DNA of 63,888 nucleotides, the filler included, from Folioceros fuciformis (taxonomy: Eukaryota), in the NCBI GenBank assembly GCA_049999805.1. It is 7 parts of 7 records of this genome, joined end to end, with 100 filler letters (N's around TTAATTAATTAA, not from the genome) between each part and the next. Parts side by side here need not be neighbours in the genome. Positions count along the whole stretch, not along the records: positions 60,129 to 63,888 come from JBNGIO010004210.1; 6 more parts are not named here. One strand, 5' to 3'. Both the position numbers and the translations under genes were made by a program. Every line of letters starts with the position of its first letter. Positions within the stretch are counted from its first letter, which is position 1. The notes under the pieces are model-generated. The model saw only the letters and a program-made list of their open reading frames with translations, had not been told where the DNA came from and made no database searches. Of this stretch, positions 60,697 to 63,888 are shown piece by piece.

Positions 60697-62030
60697 TGTC
60701 TAACCCTAGTATAGGTTAGCTATCCAGGTCGTAGGTTAGTCTTTCAAACCCTAACGGTTAGTAACCTCTGACGGTTATCAACCGCCTTCCGCGTGCATAA
60801 GACACGGGCATATAACCTGTTCTTTAATCTAATCTTTCCTATGCCTACCAGTTATCCGCGTGTGCTCGATGATTGTCATGGTATCAGAGAGGGAATCTTC
60901 CTGATTCCTTATCTGATTCATGCAAACTTGCTCTTCCTACGTTGCGCCACGATCTCTCCACTTTCTTGGAGTTTTCTCGTGCGTAGTGGCATTCTTTTTT
61001 TTACTGTTCCTAATTCTTTGTGCGGACTACAACTAGTAGCAACGATGCATCCCGTGCATTTTCTGGAGGACTGAGCGCTGCTGTTCAAGACTGTGCTGCT
61101 GCTGCAAATGCGTTCAAACTTCACATTCTGGACAATGCTACAAGCAGCCCAACGAAGTCAGTAGCTATGCCTGGCCTCCGAAAATGCGAGAGGTTAGCAC
61201 AAAGAGCATAAAGGCAGCGGGAGTTGCGCGAGTGGATGAAGGAGCAAGACGATCGTTACCTGAAGACTCTTGCACCCACACGTTGGGAACAAGTATGGAT
61301 AAAGATCTGCATCATCCTTGAACTGATGGCAACCAATGTCNNNNNNNNNNNNNNNNNNNNNNNNNNNNNNNNNNNNNNNNNNNNNNNNNNNNNNNNNNNN
61401 NNNNNNNNNNNNNNNNNNNNNNNNNNNNNNNNNNNNNNNNATCTTTCCTACGCCTACCAGCTATCCGCGCATGCTCGATGATTGTCATGGTATCAGAACA
61501 GGAATCTTCACGATTCCTGATTTGATTCATGCGAACTTGCTCTTCCTAAGCTGCACCGCGATCTCTTCACTTTCTTGGAGTTCTCTCGTGCGTAGGGGCA
61601 TGCTTATTTTTACTGTTCCTAATTCTTTGTGCGAACTACAACTCGTAGCAACGATGCATCCTGTGCATTTTTTGGAGGATTGAGCGCTGCTGTTCAAGCC
61701 CGTGCTGCTGCTGCAAATGCGTTCAGACTTCATATTCTGGACAATGCTGCAAGCAGCCCAACGAAGTCAACAGCTATGCCTGGCCTCTGAAAATGCGAGA
61801 GGTTAGCACAAAGAGCACAAAGGCAGCGGGAGTTGCGCGAGTGGATGAAGGAGCAAGACGATCATTACCTGAAGACTCTCGCACCCACACGTTGGGAACA
61901 AGTATGGATAAAGATCTGCATCACCCTTGAACTGATGACAACCAATGTCTTGCAAGGATCACCTGCTCTTGATGGTTACGATTGGAGCACGCTTGACGTT
62001 TCTGACCTTGCTTGAACAACATGCTGCTTC
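60697..62030 (+). mobile_element. LTR (60697-60878), tRNA-Met PBS and internal leader; segment 60832-61340 is repeated in diverged form at 61441-61949 across a gap
   Basis: TG...CA segment of 182 bp followed by TGGTATCAGAG at 60879. A second TCA-TGGTATCAGA lies at about 61485-61497. Confidence 0.8.
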
Positions 62031-62057
62031 CCGCCAGCAAGGATATTCTTTACCTGC

Positions 62058-63490
62058 TGTGAAGTGATTTCTTGCACCCAAGAACCACCAAAGGGCCACA
62101 CCTCCCCCTTATTGTCGTTGCAACCTCATGATTCGCTCCCAAGGGAGTGAACTAGGGTCAAGGAACACCTACAGCTATCTACTCACACTTCTACCTATCA
62201 GCCGGTTTATAAGCCTGAACACACACACACAACAAGAGGCCAGAAACCTTGCCTATCTTCAAATCAACTCACACAACTCACACTCCAGATCTTCAGTCCT
62301 TTGGCCCTTCATGATTTCCACTTCAGTCCTTCCTCCTTCACGTCAGCCCTTCACCCGTCACTTCAGCATACACCCCTGCACCTCAGCAACTCACTCTTCA
62401 CTTCTAAGCCCTTCACTCCAACTCTTCCTCTCTTTGCTTCAGCTATTCCCTGGAAATTGGGACACAACGGCTTTACTCCTTGCAGCCTTCAAGCGTAGTG
62501 TGGATACTAGGACTGGATAGCCCTCCTGGCTCACGGTCCTTTCACTTTACTTCAGCCAACCTGCGAATCATTCAGCCCTTGCGGATTTGGCCACACGGAT
62601 CTTGGCAGTCTTGGGATCCTCTACGTTCCCCTAATGGCAAGGAAAATCAGGACCTTGGTTTAGTCTCAACCAGCTCAGCGCCCTAAGCCAGGAGTTCTGC
62701 ACACAAGGTCCAAGGAAATCACACCGTAGACAGCCCCGTCTCAATGGCAGGTCTCCCCTCTTATCCTCCATCTCTGTCTAATAGGGTTAACCTGAGTCAA
62801 CTACCTAACCATCTCTCTCTCCGATCTAGACCATCCTACATCCAGTTCTGACCTAAACCTGACCTAAGTCTAACCTAGACCTAACCTGACTTAGGTCCAT
62901 CCTATGATCTAGACCTAACCTAGGTCTGATCTAGACCTAACATAGGTCTGATATAGACCTAACCTAGGTCTGACCTAGACCTAACCTAGGTCTGATCTAG
63001 ACCTAACCTAGGTTTGACCTAGACCTAACCTAGGTTTGACCTAGACCTAACCTAGGTCTGACCTAGACCTAACCTAACTTAGGTCCGACCTAACCTTAAC
63101 CTAGATCTGACCTAGACCTAACCTAGGTCTGGCCTAAACCTAACCTAGGTTTGGCCTAGACCTAACCTAGGTCTGACCTAGACCTAACTCCAACCAAGAA
63201 CCCTAACTCTAACCTACCCTTGCTTCTAATTGCTCGTTACCCCTTGACACCGTTAGCTGCCCTCTACCCCAAAATAACTACCACAAACCAGGGGTGCTTC
63301 TCATTTCCCCTTCTCCTCTCCAGGATGGGATCATCTCTTGCCCTCCGACTATCCTGCATTCTTCAGAGTCTTCCACCTTCAGGTTCTCCCTCCATTCTGC
63401 CAACCCCAGATCTGTACACCCGTAGTCAGTCGCATGCTCGCCTGGCGGCTGTGATCGCCAACCCGCCTGGATCCATCGTCTCCCAGCCCG
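62058..63490. repeat. LTR-like repeat of the same family as 29231-30210, with a 22-bp minisatellite at about 62850-63190
   Basis: Similarity to 29231-29900 and tandem CCTAGGTCTGACCTAGACCTAA units. Outer boundaries are approximate. Confidence 0.75.
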
Positions 63491-63888
63491 ATTGCGTTCT
63501 GCAACTCCGTTTTGTTGAGGACTATAAGGTGCTGAGAATTGATGAACAATTCCGTGCTCCTTGCAAAACATCTCAAATTCCTTGGACATGCACTCCCCTC
63601 CATTGTTAGTTCGTAGAGTCTTGATCTTTCTCCCAATTTGGTTCTCCACAAATGCTTTGTACTCCATGAATTTGGAGAAGCATGCCTCCTTGGATTTCAA
63701 AAAAAACACCTTCGTATATCTAGACTTATCATCCGTGAAGGTAAGAAAATACTTAGCACCTCCTATGGATGTAGTCTTCATGGGACCACAAATGTCTGTA
63801 TGCACCACCTCTAACAAATGATTGGATCTACTTCCTTGCTTTGGAAATGGAAGGCGGTGTTGCTTACCCATAATACACCCTTTGCAAA
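63491..63888 (-). mobile_element. Ty1/copia integrase fragment
   Basis: GKQHRLPF...LEVVHTDICGPM..SIGGAKYFLTFTDDKSR...IKTLRTNNGGE...YSPQQNGVAER, then an abrupt junction. Confidence 0.93.

Overview
Eukaryotic land-plant nuclear DNA. A seed-free plant such as a fern or lycophyte is likely, inferred from the PLS-PPR style, a PHD-bearing Gypsy integrase and an RZ-finger fragment. The window is not one locus. It is seven unrelated contigs joined by artificial N44-TTAATTAATTAA-N44 spacers: 1-10124, 10225-20825, 20926-32806, 32907-42722, 42823-49879, 49980-60028 and 60129-63888. Gene neighbourhood is therefore meaningful only within a contig. Host genes are a SKIP35-like ankyrin protein, TAF15, an intronless CNGC channel, a PLS-E PPR protein, an HNH-domain protein ending in a CaaX box, a TGA bZIP factor, two tandem polyphenol oxidases separated by a Harbinger element, CutA and a 3'-truncated group IIb WRKY. 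The rest is nested Ty1/copia, Ty3/gypsy, MULE and Harbinger debris with minisatellites. Most notable: (1) a 4.65-kb TG...CA element with a 5-bp TSD, no gag-pol, and its own decayed accessory ORF; (2) a Gypsy integrase ending in a PHD finger; (3) an intact antisense transmembrane/coiled-coil ORF in the 3' region of a Copia element; (4) a ZNFX1/RNF213-type RZ-finger fragment; (5) PPO paralogues that differ at a known specificity residue; (6) apparent self-binding sites next to both transcription-factor genes. All exon and element boundaries were read by eye and no database searches were run.
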